Shown here in pieces: positions 1-11,400 of a DNA stretch of 46,114 nucleotides (the stretch's first letter is position 1; every line of letters begins with the position of its first letter). Source of the DNA: Elusimicrobiota bacterium (GTDB lineage Bacteria; CG03; SLGR01; JBDRKX01); NCBI GenBank assembly GCA_043813605.1, contig JBDRKX010000013.1, positions 1-46,114 of the forward strand, written 5' to 3'. Below the pieces are notes generated by a model. That model saw only the letters and a program-made list of their open reading frames with translations. It had not been told where the DNA came from and did no database searches. A program made the translations under genes and the position numbers.

Positions 1-1
1 A

Positions 2-814
2 CTGTATACGATGGACGGTGCTGAGTTCTGTACTTTCCATGAAGGAGGCAGGATAACAGATGCTGAGGGAAATCAGATAGCTGAGTTTGACGACAATGGA
101 AAAATACTCACTCATACCAGCAAAAGAGCTACACCGGAACAGATGCGGGAAGCGTTTAAATATCTATTCGAAGCAATGGGACAGGAGATGCCTGAAGGGT
201 TTCTCAAGTCACCGGAACCGGAGAATATCGGAAATGTCGGCACATTACCTGAAGGTATTGATGTTGCTGTTACTATATCTGTAGCCGGTGAGACATATTT
301 CGTTGATGCGGACTTGGTCATTTATTCTCCTTCGGGAGAAGCTGTAGGAACAGCCGTTGTCACGGATGGGAAAATCGAAATCGCAGTAAACGACAAGACT
401 GTAGTCGTTTTCCAGGATAATAAGATGTATGATGCAGATATGACCGAAATAGGAAGCTATGATGAGTCTGGCAACATATACGATGTAGACGGCAATACAA
501 TAGGTAATATAGCCGCTGTACCGCAAAATGCGACTAATGGGAGTAAGATAGAAGCCAAAAAAACAATAACAATTGATAATGAAACTTATTTTATTGCCGC
601 GGGCGGTGATGTTTTTACGGAAGACGGAGAACTGGCAGGAGATATCTCTGTGAGCAAAAAGGATAAAGAAGTAAAAATACACCTTACCAGCGGGGAGCTG
701 TTCTGCACTTTCTATCTGGATAGCGGTATTATAACTGATGGAGAGGGCAAGAAGGTAGGTGAATTCAATGAGAAGGGCCAGTTATTTAAAAATATAGACA
801 TGGAATGGGATTGA
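2..814 (+). CDS. C-terminal part of an acidic beta-rich repeat protein (probably 5'-truncated by the window)
   Basis: The frame is open upstream of ATG 11 to the window start. Internal repeats: FCTF...ITD(A/G)EG..(I/V).EF...G occurs twice and T(I).....ETYF(V/I) occurs twice, plus D.DGN.IG-type hairpin motifs. Ends TGA 814 and is followed by a terminator. Confidence 0.8.
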   Translation: MYTMDGAEFCTFHEGGRITDAEGNQIAEFDDNGKILTHTSKRATPEQMREAFKYLFEAMGQEMPEGFLKSPEPENIGNVGTLPEGIDVAVTISVAGETYFVDADLVIYSPSGEAVGTAVVTDGKIEIAVNDKTVVVFQDNKMYDADMTEIGSYDESGNIYDVDGNTIGNIAAVPQNATNGSKIEAKKTITIDNETYFIAAGGDVFTEDGELAGDISVSKKDKEVKIHLTSGELFCTFYLDSGIITDGEGKKVGEFNEKGQLFKNIDMEWD

Positions 815-860
815 TATATAAATAGAATCGGTATCTACTGGTATCTGAGCTAATCATATT

Positions 861-899
861 TCCGGCAGGTTTTCTTAAAAAACCTGCCGGATTTTTTTT
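861..899 (+). terminator. Rho-independent terminator after ORF1
   Basis: Perfect inverted repeat TCCGGCAGGTTTT / AAAACCTGCCGGA followed by a T8 tract. Confidence 0.9.
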
Positions 900-942
900 G
901 AATTTCAAAATATAATGTGATATCTGCAGTAAAATCCAGGAT

Positions 943-1000
943 AAAAAAACAGCTTAAAAACCGTAAAAACGGGTAAAAACAGGGCCAAAAACGGCTAAAA
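943..1000. promoter_or_regulatory. Helically phased A-tracts (intrinsically curved DNA) upstream of the promoter
   Basis: A4-7 tracts start at about 943, 956, 965, 975, 987 and 997 (mean spacing about 11 bp), separated by GC-containing spacers. Confidence 0.55.
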
Positions 1001-1001
1001 T

Positions 1002-1016
1002 GGGGGGGTGGGTGGG
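1002..1016 (+). other. Putative G-quadruplex-forming motif
   Basis: GGGGGGGTGGGTGGG parses as G3-N1-G3-N1-G3-N1-G3 inside an AT-rich intergenic region. Confidence 0.5.
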
Positions 1017-1127
1017 ACGGTCTTGAAATTTACAATTCTCATGCCAAAATCGAAATATTTGTAAAATAATGTCTGAAAAACAGGGTTATAGTCGATAAAT
1101 TAACAAAATAAACCGGTAAAAAACAGC

Positions 1128-1156
1128 TTGACTTCAATGTGCAGCGGTGTTATAAT
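1128..1156 (+). promoter_or_regulatory. Sigma70-type promoter
   Basis: TTGACT (1128-1133), 17-bp spacer, TATAAT (1151-1156) with an extended -10 TG at 1148-1149; A-rich UP-like region upstream; 35 bp before ATG 1192. Confidence 0.85.
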
Positions 1157-1191
1157 AGAAATAGTATATATTATAAATTCTAAATAAAAAT

Positions 1192-1725
1192 ATGCATATA
1201 AGAAATGCGAGCAGAATATTATCGTCTATTATTCTGGGGGTGATAATAGTCAGTTTCAGTGTATTTTCCGCTGGATTTTTCCATGATCACGAACAAAAAG
1301 CATGCTCTCTTCTCCAGACTGTCCAGAGAGACTGTCCCAGAGCAGCCGGACTGGCTGATAATATTCTCCTTGACCTTTTATCTGAAAAAGCTGCCGCTGG
1401 ATCCGCTCTACTTGAAAAATCTGCAAAAAAGAGCGAAAAATGCCTTGAAAAACTGGTCTTTTTCCTGCTTACAGCCATGATAGTCAGCAGGGATATAATG
1501 CTGCTGTTTCTGATACTGGCATTTGCAGGAACAGTCGTTATGTCGTCTAAATTATATGAAAACCCGGGGGAGAGAGGGCTGCTCATCCCGCCCCGTTCAA
1601 AGTATTATTTGGATTGGATCTTAAAATTTCTGACACCAGTTGCAAAATGTATTAAATACCGGGCGGATGAGTATGATATCAACCCCGTTAAAGCGGGTTT
1701 AAGGGTGATTTATACCCTGAATTAG
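1192..1725 (+). CDS. Small membrane protein, paralog of 1876..2478 (putative leader/regulatory ORF)
   Basis: 177 aa; N-terminal TM plus a central hydrophobic hairpin; C-terminal PP...YY....L.F.TP..KCI..RAD.YDINP motif shared with the next ORF. Confidence 0.8.
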   Translation: MHIRNASRILSSIILGVIIVSFSVFSAGFFHDHEQKACSLLQTVQRDCPRAAGLADNILLDLLSEKAAAGSALLEKSAKKSEKCLEKLVFFLLTAMIVSRDIMLLFLILAFAGTVVMSSKLYENPGERGLLIPPRSKYYLDWILKFLTPVAKCIKYRADEYDINPVKAGLRVIYTLN

Positions 1726-1764
1726 CCGCACTTTGCCGTTTTTAAGCAGAGTGCGGCTTTTTTT
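1724..1764 (+). terminator. Intrinsic terminator at the stop codon of 1192..1725
   Basis: AGCCGCACTTTGC / GCAGAGTGCGGCT stem (one G-U pair) followed by T7. Confidence 0.85.
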
Positions 1765-1875
1765 ATATGTCTATGGATTATAATTTTATACAACAGTGTA
1801 AAACAGGGCAGTCTTTTACGGCAGGAAATTTCACCTGTATTTCATATACGCATTGTATACTCTTATTATATTATA

Positions 1876-2478
1876 ATGAAAGTACTTATTAAAAACATAT
1901 ACTTATTTATTAATAAAACAGGGGTGAGTATTATACTTGCCTCTACACTGGTAATATTTTCGGTTTTCGGTATACTTCAGTTTTCTCTTCATGATAACAC
2001 CAAAGTATCTTTCATAAACAGCAGTGATTCCCATTTTTCAAAAACCGCGAATGCGGCTGACAGGATAAATGAAGGATTACTTCAAGGCGAAGCTGGCAGG
2101 AAACCGCCTGTTGACGGACAGAAAGACCGATCAGACAGTCTGATGAAATTTTTTATCTGTATTCTGGGTACTCTGATGGTTCCTGCGGGAAACAGTCTGA
2201 TCATCATGATCATAACTGCAATGGTTTTTGTTCTTCTCAAAAAAGAGAATCCTTTTTGCAGGGCATTCAAGGAGGTATTCCGGCCGCCGGGCATGGAATA
2301 CTACAACCGGCGGCGGCTCAATTTCGTTACACCCCTGGAAAAGTGTATCCTGAACAGGGCGGATATTTACGATATTAATCCCATCAGTAAATACGGGTGG
2401 GGTATGTACCCCTTTATCGAAACCCGCGCTTTAGCTTATTCAGGCAGAGCGCGGGTTTTTTTTATGGCTAAACTATGA
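1876..2478 (+). CDS. Small membrane protein, paralog of 1192..1725; translationally coupled to the giant gene
   Basis: 200 aa; same TM layout; shares TPLEKCILNRADIYDINP vs TPVAKCIKYRADEYDINP; its TGA (2476-2478) overlaps the giant gene ATG (2475-2477). Confidence 0.8.
   Translation: MKVLIKNIYLFINKTGVSIILASTLVIFSVFGILQFSLHDNTKVSFINSSDSHFSKTANAADRINEGLLQGEAGRKPPVDGQKDRSDSLMKFFICILGTLMVPAGNSLIIMIITAMVFVLLKKENPFCRAFKEVFRPPGMEYYNRRRLNFVTPLEKCILNRADIYDINPISKYGWGMYPFIETRALAYSGRARVFFMAKL
2420..2463 (+). terminator. Terminator/attenuator hairpin inside the 3' end of 1876..2478, ending 11 nt before the giant gene start
   Basis: AAACCCGCGCTTT / AGAGCGCGGGTTT stem followed by T8; the sequence is homologous to the 1724-1764 hairpin. 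Confidence 0.8.
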
Positions 2479-5400
2479 AGATCCTGAACGGAATATATAT
2501 TAAGACGGTAAGCTGGATACTCATGGTATCCTTTTTTGTCGTATATGTGTTCAATAACTATTCTTACGCCGCGGTATACCTTGCTCCCTCTATGAACCGG
2601 CTGCCTATTGAATCGATAGATGTCCCGCTCGAATACGGTAAGGTTATAGAAAGGTATAATCCCGGAGGCGCCGGCCGGCGGGTAATACTCGTACAGGATC
2701 TCCATTCCAATTATGAAGTGCAGAAGAATATCAGCGATATCCTGCATTATATTGACAAAGAACACAGTTTATCTTCTGTAGCGACTGAAGGGAACTCGGC
2801 GGATGTCGATCTATCCTTATTCTCATCCATTCCTGATGATAAGAACGGGGCTGAAGTAATGGATTACTTTATGGAAAAAGGTTATGTTACGGGCGCTGAG
2901 CGGTTTACGGCCGGCAGCCGGAAACCTGTCCTGATCGGGCTCGAGGATGAAGAACTGTACAAAAAGGACACAGATCTTCTGGTCTCGTCTCTGAATAACC
3001 GCCATAAATTCGTTGAAATACTGGAAAGGGTCAAATTCCTGATGAAGACAGCTGAAGACAGGATATGTTCGAACTGTCTCAGGGATTTCAGAAACCAGTA
3101 TATTTTATACCGCCAGAGTAAGCTGACATCGCCTGTTTTCCATGGTTATGTCGAATCCGCTGCAAAAAAAGCGGGAACGACTGTAGGGGGAATATCTCCT
3201 GAATATGCCAGCTTCATAAGACTTACAAGAAAATACGAGTCGCTGGATTATAAAAAAGTAGAAAAAGAGTACGAGAGACTCCTGAGGGACCTTGATATAA
3301 AACTGGACGGCAGCAATGGAATGTCTAAGAGTTTTGCAAAGTTCAGGAATTTCCTGAGAACACCGGAATCCGTGAGGCAGGAGATGTCAGCCGCCGTATA
3401 CGGCAGCAATTCATATTCAGAACTCAGGGATTACATAGAATGCCTGCAGCTTTCAAGAGAGACAAATACCTACAGTATAGTGCTGGCGGAAGATAAAGTA
3501 GTAAAAACGGTTTCCGAAAGGCTGTGCGGGAATGAAGCGGAAAAAGATTTTCTTTTTGTTTCCGCGTATATACAGCTCCTGGTAAAATTCCTTTTGAACC
3601 AGATATCCAGGGATGAACTGGCTGAATTCTACAAGAATGCCGATGAATTCGAAATAAGAAGCCGCAGGATGCTCTTGAACAGGCCGGACGAGTTTAATGT
3701 CATCAGTTCTCTGCTGGATGAACTGACCCCGTATGTGAAAGAGATGGGAGCTTTTTTTAATATAGCATGCACCAGGGATGAAAAGTTTCTGGACAAGATA
3801 CTGTCCCCTGAGTATGAGGAGCATGCGAATATGGCGGTTGTGACGGGCGGATTCCATACTTACGGGCTGGCTGACAGGCTGAGGGAAAAGAGAGTCCCGT
3901 TTATCGTAGTGAAACCGCGCGTTATATCATATACGGAAGAAGACAGGAACCGTTATCATTCCACAATACGGGGAGATATGAAACTGAGTTTTGAAGAAGT
4001 ATTCGCGTATAAACTGGCGCCGGCTTCTTTTCTCCCGCACGAATGGTTCAAAAAAAGAGTCGTTGCAAGGGCAATGGGCGCATGGGCGAGGCACGAGATA
4101 AAGAGCCGCGGTTTCAGAAGGAGGACGCTTCCCGAGACTCTGAGCGATTTTATGCGTGAATGGTTTCGCGGTTATGTTAAAGTGCGCGCTGAAGGAGAAA
4201 AATTCACCTTCAGTATAGGCGATGCTATGGACCATGAAGGAAATCTCGTATTTCCGGTGAAACTTGCAGACACTACGCTTATGGTCGAAGTGCAGGAAGA
4301 TAAGATAATCCCTCTTCCGGATAGTGTTGCAAGTAAACTTTCCCGGCAGAAATTTATTTCGGATACCGAAAACATACTTGACCGGCTGGCTGACAGATCC
4401 GTTATTGAATCCTGTCCGTTCAATATAACAGACGGCGTTAAGGCGACCATCGCTTCAGGGGATATCAAGCCTGTCAGCATAATAGAGGCTATTGCGCTCG
4501 AAAAAGTTATTGAAGACATAGATAAAAGGGATACTGCTGACAGGGAAAGGGATTTTGAACCGCTTGTACCTGCTGAAGACGCGATAAAACTGGATACATC
4601 CTACATGAATATATCGGAATCCGTGATAAGCCTGAAAGAACAGGCTATGTCCCGGTTGAATATGGGAGCGGAAAGCGTGATCGTTATAGACGGAGGTGTC
4701 GGTTCCGGTAAATCAACTATAGGTAAAGAGCTCGCTGCCGAACTCGGGTATGTCTTTTTTGACAGGGGATTCCTGTTCAGGAGTCTCGGATACATAAAAA
4801 GAAAACTTGGAACATCCGGCAAAGAACTTACAAGGGAGACTGTGATTGAAGAATTCAGCAGGCTCAGGCTGGAATTTGACGATACGGGATTCAGGATAAT
4901 GGATGGTAAAACAGATATAGTACCTGAGCTTGATACGCATGAAATAGGTAACCTGACGGCATCATTGCTGAGCGAATTCCAGGATATAGTCGATATAGTC
5001 AGCAGAAAGAGCGCTGAAATAGCTGCCGGTAGAAAACAGATCGTGTTGGCCGGACAGGGAATTAACAACTGCCCGTACCTTCCTTCAGGGACTATTAAAG
5101 TATTTATTGATACGCCGATAGAGATGAGAGCAGAAAGAAAAAAAGAATCTTACGATGCGGTTGCCGTCAAAGACCCGGAAGCTGTCAGAAACTGGCTGAA
5201 AGGCATCAGGGATTCACTGGATATAGTTGAAACCAAAAGAGGGTATTATGTCTATGACACAGCCGCGCTTATAGATACATTAATAAAAAACAGGCTTTTC
5301 ATAGAGGATAAGGAAAAATATGAAAAAGATCCGCGGGGGTACCTGCTTTACCTGATAGATACCCGGGACAACAGGTTATCGGCGCTGATGGGGTATTCAC

Positions 5401-8400
5401 TGGAAGTGGCGGCAAAAGACAGCAGTCTGGACTGGCGGTTGAGTGATAAACTCAAAAACCTGCTTGGTACCATAAGAAAAACAGAAATGCGGACCCCTGC
5501 AGAGAAAAAAGCCGCAAAACCGGAAGTCAAAGAAAGGCCGGGACTGAAGTCGTTCTTTTACAGGAACAGGATCCTGATCTCGGCGGCAGTTATCCTACTC
5601 GGGGTAACCGGCGGGATTTCAGCGTATGTTTTCCTTGGCGGGATAGCGTTAGCATCAGCTATAGGCGCGGCTTCAATAGCCGGAGTGATAATCCTGAACA
5701 TGGCAATAACAAGGAGGTTCAGGAGCCGGCCGGAACAAATTGTCAGCGAGCCTGTAGAACCACCGGTAAGACCGGCCGAAGTACCGGCTCGAACAGAAAA
5801 ACCGGTATTAAAAGAAATGGCCCAAGAACCGGAAACAGAACCGTCCATAATAATACCGTACGATGAAAGAATAAAAAGGGCGAAGACAATGCAATCGTTC
5901 TTTAATCCGCTTTCAGTTGCAGTGATAGGAGCCAGTGACAGCGAGGGAAAAGTAGGTAATATCGTTATGGGAAATCTTAAACCTTATTCTTCGCCTGTTT
6001 TCCCTGTGAATTCCAAAGCTGATACTGTTATGGGGCTGAAAGCCTATAAGAGCGTGATCGATATACCTCATGATGTTGATCTGGCTGTGATCGCGGTCCC
6101 GGCGGAATATGTCCCGGCAGTAATGAAAGAGATAGCCCAAAAAGGGATAAAATCCGTGATAATCAATACCGGCGGTTTCAGAGAGACAGGCGATAAAGGC
6201 ATGCTGCTGGAACAAAAAGTAAAAGATATTGCCGCTGATAACGGTATAAGAGTTCTTGGTCCGAATTGTCTCGGTATAGTGAATCCGTCTGCCGGACTTA
6301 ATGCCACTTTCAGGTCTATGCCTGCGGCCGGTAACATAGGTTTTGTATCCCAGAGCGGAGCCTGGACACTTGCCCTGGGAGACTGGATAGAAGCTAAGGG
6401 ACTTGGATTCAGCAAGATAATCAGTGTAGGCAACAAACTCAACACGGACGAGACAGATCTTATTGAGATTCTGGATGCGGATGAAGCAACCGGAGTAATA
6501 GCAGCATATCTTGAAGATGTTAAGGACGGACAGAAATTCCTCAAGAAAGTCTCAAATATAAAAAAACCGCTCGTTATATATAAATCCGGCAGAACACCCG
6601 CGGGCGCAGCAGCCGCAGTCTCGCATACAGGTTCGATGGCCGGGTCGCATAGCGTGTTTTCCGCAGCCTGCCGGGAAGCAGGCGCCATACTCGTAGAGAC
6701 TACCGGAGAATTTTTTGAGGTGACGAGGGCGCTGGCAAAAGGAGAAATAGAACATTACGATCCTCCCGCAAGGACTGTTGCATCTATAAAGGGCTGGGAA
6801 TCAAATCAGCATAACCCGATAGACCTTATAGGCAATTCGCCCCTCAGCCGGTTTAAACAGACTTTAGAAGTTCTTTTAGAAGCTGAGGATGTTGATTCAG
6901 TTTACCTTGCGACCGTGCCCCAGGGTATTGCCTCCGAAATAGCCCGGCTTATTACGGAACTGAAAAAAGAATATAATAAACCGTTCGAAATATCCTTCCT
7001 GGGAGGAAAAGGTGTCGAGGAAGCGGTTTCAATACTGGAAAAATCCGGTATTAAAAATCATACAACAATAGAAGATGCTCTTCATTCATTAAAAAGAAAC
7101 GGAGCCAGGAAACTTGCTGTCGTGTCGGATGCGGGCGGACTGGGTGTTGTAGCGGCGGACGCTTCTTACGAGATAGGTATGCCACTTGCGGAATTCACGC
7201 CGGAAACGCTTGAAAAACTGCGTTACAGTATACCTATGACAAGTAATGTATGGTCTTCCGTCAAAAAAAGGACGGTCCGCCGGGAAGATGAAATATTGGC
7301 GGTTAACGAATACGATACAGCTGTTTTCCTCAAGAAACAGGGGATAATGTATCCCGAGTTCAGAATGGCTGCCAGTCTTGACGAATTGAAGGAGAAGACC
7401 AGCGAGATCGGTTACATAAACGGGTTTGCGCTGAAAGTCATATCAAGGGATATAGCGCATAAATCAAAGATAGGCGGCGTCGCGGTAGGCATATCAAACG
7501 ACGCTGAACTCGAAGAAGAGTTCTGGAAAATGGTCGATAATATAAAAAAGAATGCGCCCGGCAAGAGAATAGAGGGATTCCTGCTGTCATCAATGGCAAG
7601 CGGAAAGGAAGTTATTATCGGAATGCACAGGGATAATGTTTTCGGGCCGGTGCTGACAGTGGGCCGCGGCGGCGTAGAGACTGAAAAAGAAAAGGATATA
7701 GTCAATATAGTGCTTTCGCCTGAAAAAAGCAGATACGAAAACAGGCTGATAATCAAAGAACGGCTGAAAGATCTTAAGATGTACAGGGAAGGATACCTGA
7801 GTGAAGATAACCTCGAACCGGTATCAATGGCAGCCGTTAAACTGTATGATGCGGCCCACAGGTATCATGAAATAGAAGAAATGGAAATAAATCCCATAAA
7901 AGTAAGCGGTAAAGACTACCTGGCGGTAGACGCCCTGATGATACTCAAAAAAAGACTGATCAATAAGGTGAAAAAACATTTTCTTCCCGATGTCGATAAG
8001 ATAAGCGAGATAGTCCTTCCCGAGAAACCTCTGCCTGTTTTTACCCGGGAAGCCGTCGGCAGGGGCATGGTTACTGAAAAGCCTGTTCCTCTTGAAGAAG
8101 AAGAGAAAACAGAGATGCTGATAAAAAGCGGCGTGGCACATTCCATGGCACAGGGAGTGGCGCGCGCAATACTGGATGCAGAGAGCACTCCGTCCGGCAG
8201 GCTGTTCATCTCTCCTGAAAGGGCGCCGCCGCTCATAGCACATATCGAACGGCTCTATGGAGACGACGAGAGCCGGATCGAACATACATACCGTGTCAGG
8301 GACATTTCAATGCTGCTTGCTGAGAGACTCAACCTTTCTCCTGAAGAAAAAGCCACCCTGGAAATAGCAATACTTGCTCATGATATATCAAAAACAAAAG

Positions 8401-11400
8401 AATTTTACGGAGAGGATGAGGTAACCGGTCCGGTCAGCGGGCATTCGTGGGATTCTGTCAGGATCGCTGAACAGAATGGAGTACAATTACCCGTTTCGGT
8501 AAAACTTGCCGTCTTTTTCCATCACAGCCGCGGAGTATTCCCTGAAGTCGACGAGAGGATAACGCGTATTATCCACATAGTACAGGCTGCGGACAGCCTT
8601 GACTGGTCTCAAAGGTCGGATTCGGGAGCAAGGACAGTATATAAGAGCGAACCCAGTATAATCTTCGGCCGGTATAGCGCTTTTAACAATATCAGATGGG
8701 CCCTCGATGAAGGTATGATGAATGAAGAGATAGCGATACTGCTCAAGGCATTGATATATACAGGCGATAAGCAGATAGGTGAGCTTATATCCGATTCAAG
8801 GGGACTTAAAAAGACGATAGACAATCCGTATGCCGGGGAACTTCTTGAAAAGCTGAAAGCGGGACAGACAGACGAAATAGCAGAATATTACAATAATACA
8901 AGTTTATCTGAAAGAGACTGGATCAGGAGGTACCTGAAAGAATTTTACGAGAAGAAAGATCTTCAAACAGCAGGACTGGCGCTGGATATGATAGACGGCA
9001 AAGTAGTTGATACCGTTGCCGAAGAGATAGAAGACGGCAGGATCTTCAGCCCTCTCTACAGGAATATTATCATCGGATTATCGCTGATTGCCGGTATGCT
9101 GGCTGTATATGTTTTTCCGGTCATACCGGTATTCACTGTCATAGGGACCTCGTATACAGAGATACTCTATTCCCATCCGCTGATAACAAAGATGGTAACT
9201 ACGTTTGTTACTACCCTTCTGGGAGATGCAATAGCGCAGAATATAGAACAGAGAAAACTGCCGGCTGAACAGAAAAAGATCGATAAGAAACGGATGGTGA
9301 AACTGGGACTCCATATGGCAGCTATTATAGGTGCGGGGCTCCACTTCTGGTTTGAATACATAGAATCTGTCATACCGGGAAAAGCGCTGGTGGATATAGT
9401 TAAAAAAGTATTCTTTACGGCGGTAGTATGGTCCCCGTTCTATCATGTAATGAACCTGCTGAATATGACAATTCTGTCCAAAAAGAGTTTCGGCGAAGCT
9501 TTTTCCGGTAAGACCATGGCCGAAGCCAGAGATAAGATAAGAAAACAGTTCTTTAAAGTCTATAGAACAGGTTTTGTCGTATGGCAGCTTGTAGTCAATC
9601 CATTAAGTTTTATTTTTGTGCCCATAGATTTCAGGGTGCTCATAGGAAACATAGTGGATGTCCCCTGGAATGCTTATATTTCTTTAAAAGGGCACGAAAA
9701 AGTAGAGAAACAGCAGAGACTCACTCTTTTCGGTAAACTGCTTCTGGGTGTCGGGGCAGGGATAATGATTATTTCTGCAGTAAATATACTGCCGGTCATG
9801 CCTCTCTTATCGTATATCGGGGTGACATATTCGTCTCTTCTCACTTCATATCCGTTGCTGACAAAAGTAGTTACTACTTTCGGGATAGTCGCGCTTGGGA
9901 ATATAATGGCACAGAAGATCGAACAGAGGAGACTGCCGCCTGAAGAAAAGAAGATAGACACAAGAAAAATGTTGATATTTTCGTCTATAATGAGTTTATT
10001 TATCGGCGGCGGGTTCCATTACTGGCTGGAACTTCTGGGATTCGTGTTCCCGGGATTCAGTATCGGGCTTTTTGCGCTTAAAACAGTACTGACTGCGGTA
10101 ATATGGGCGCCGTTGTTCTACCTGCTTTTCATACCGTTTATGACCATACTGTCAAAAAAGCCTCTCAGAGAAGGATTTACTGTTGAGACGGTAAAGGAAG
10201 GCTTGTCCGCTTTTAAAACGACTTTACCGGGCAGGGAACTCTTCGTATCAAAGACTTACAGACAGGAGTTTATGAAAAACAGTATACTGGTACATGATTT
10301 CATATACTGGAATGTTGCTGTTAATATAATAATCTTCCTGTTGATGCCGCTGGTATCGGCTGGTACCGGCAGAGACCTGTCTGAATATGCGGTATTTGTC
10401 AGGAACCTGGCAGGAATACCGTGGGCATGCTACCTTTCTCTCAAGGTCATGCTGAAAAGCAGAAAGAAACCCGAAAAGAAACGCACACTGCAGGAACAGC
10501 TTGCAGATACCCGTGTAGAAAAAGAGATGATACCCGAGATAGAAAGTGTTATTGAAGAACTTAAAAGGACATCGCCGTCCGCGCTTATGGTGCCTTCAGA
10601 GCGCGCGCCGCCGCTTTTAAACATCATCGGGAAGATGTACTCGGATAACAAATCCCATGTAGGTCACATAGAGCGGGTAGTGAAAACAGGCAGTATAATT
10701 GCCGGTGATATGGGATTATCAGAAGACGAAAAAGCCACTCTCCAAATAGTTTCCTCTATTCATGATCTTGCAAAGACCTCCAGTGACTACTCTGAAGGAA
10801 AAACAGAAGGGCCTGTGCTGTGGCATGCCTGGGATTCCCTTCGTATAGCAGAAGAAGAATTCAAAAAACACGGGATTGAAATACCTGCTGTAGTGAAATT
10901 GTGTGTTCTCTATCATCATCATCCCGAATTCATTCCCGAAAGTATTGCCCCGGCAATAAAGAGGATAACCGGTATACAGCTCATCTCCGATACTATCGAC
11001 TGGTCTCAGAGATGGGAATATGAAAATGTGAGAGGCGGGACTTCTGTGTTCCTGGGTGACAAGAGCGCGTTGCATTATATAGACGGGGCGATCAGTATGA
11101 GGATGATATCGGACGACATTGCCGGTTCAATAAGAAAACTGATCATTGAAGGAGATGAAAAGCTGAGCGGTGTGATCCCAGATTCAAGGAACCTTGAAAG
11201 CACGGCTGGCGACATTTATGCCTATGATGTTGTTCGTCTGTTAGAAACAGGAAGGACAAAAGAACTGGAAACATACTATAGATCGGCGGATGAGACCGGG
11301 CAGGCAATAATAGTCCGGATATTGAGCAATGCGCACATGAATGGTATTCTGTCCGCGGGCGCATTTCTTGAAGATCTGCAGATCACTGCAGATCGGACTG

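Noticed and set aside
940..1000. CRISPR array or iterons in the repeated AAAAAC words
   Set aside because: The units are too short and degenerate and there are no spacers; phased A-tracts explain them better
1853..1877. Second sigma70 promoter (TTGTAT...TATAAT) before 1876
   Set aside because: The spacer is only 13 bp and the -10 overlaps the start codon; an internal promoter is not excluded but is unsupported
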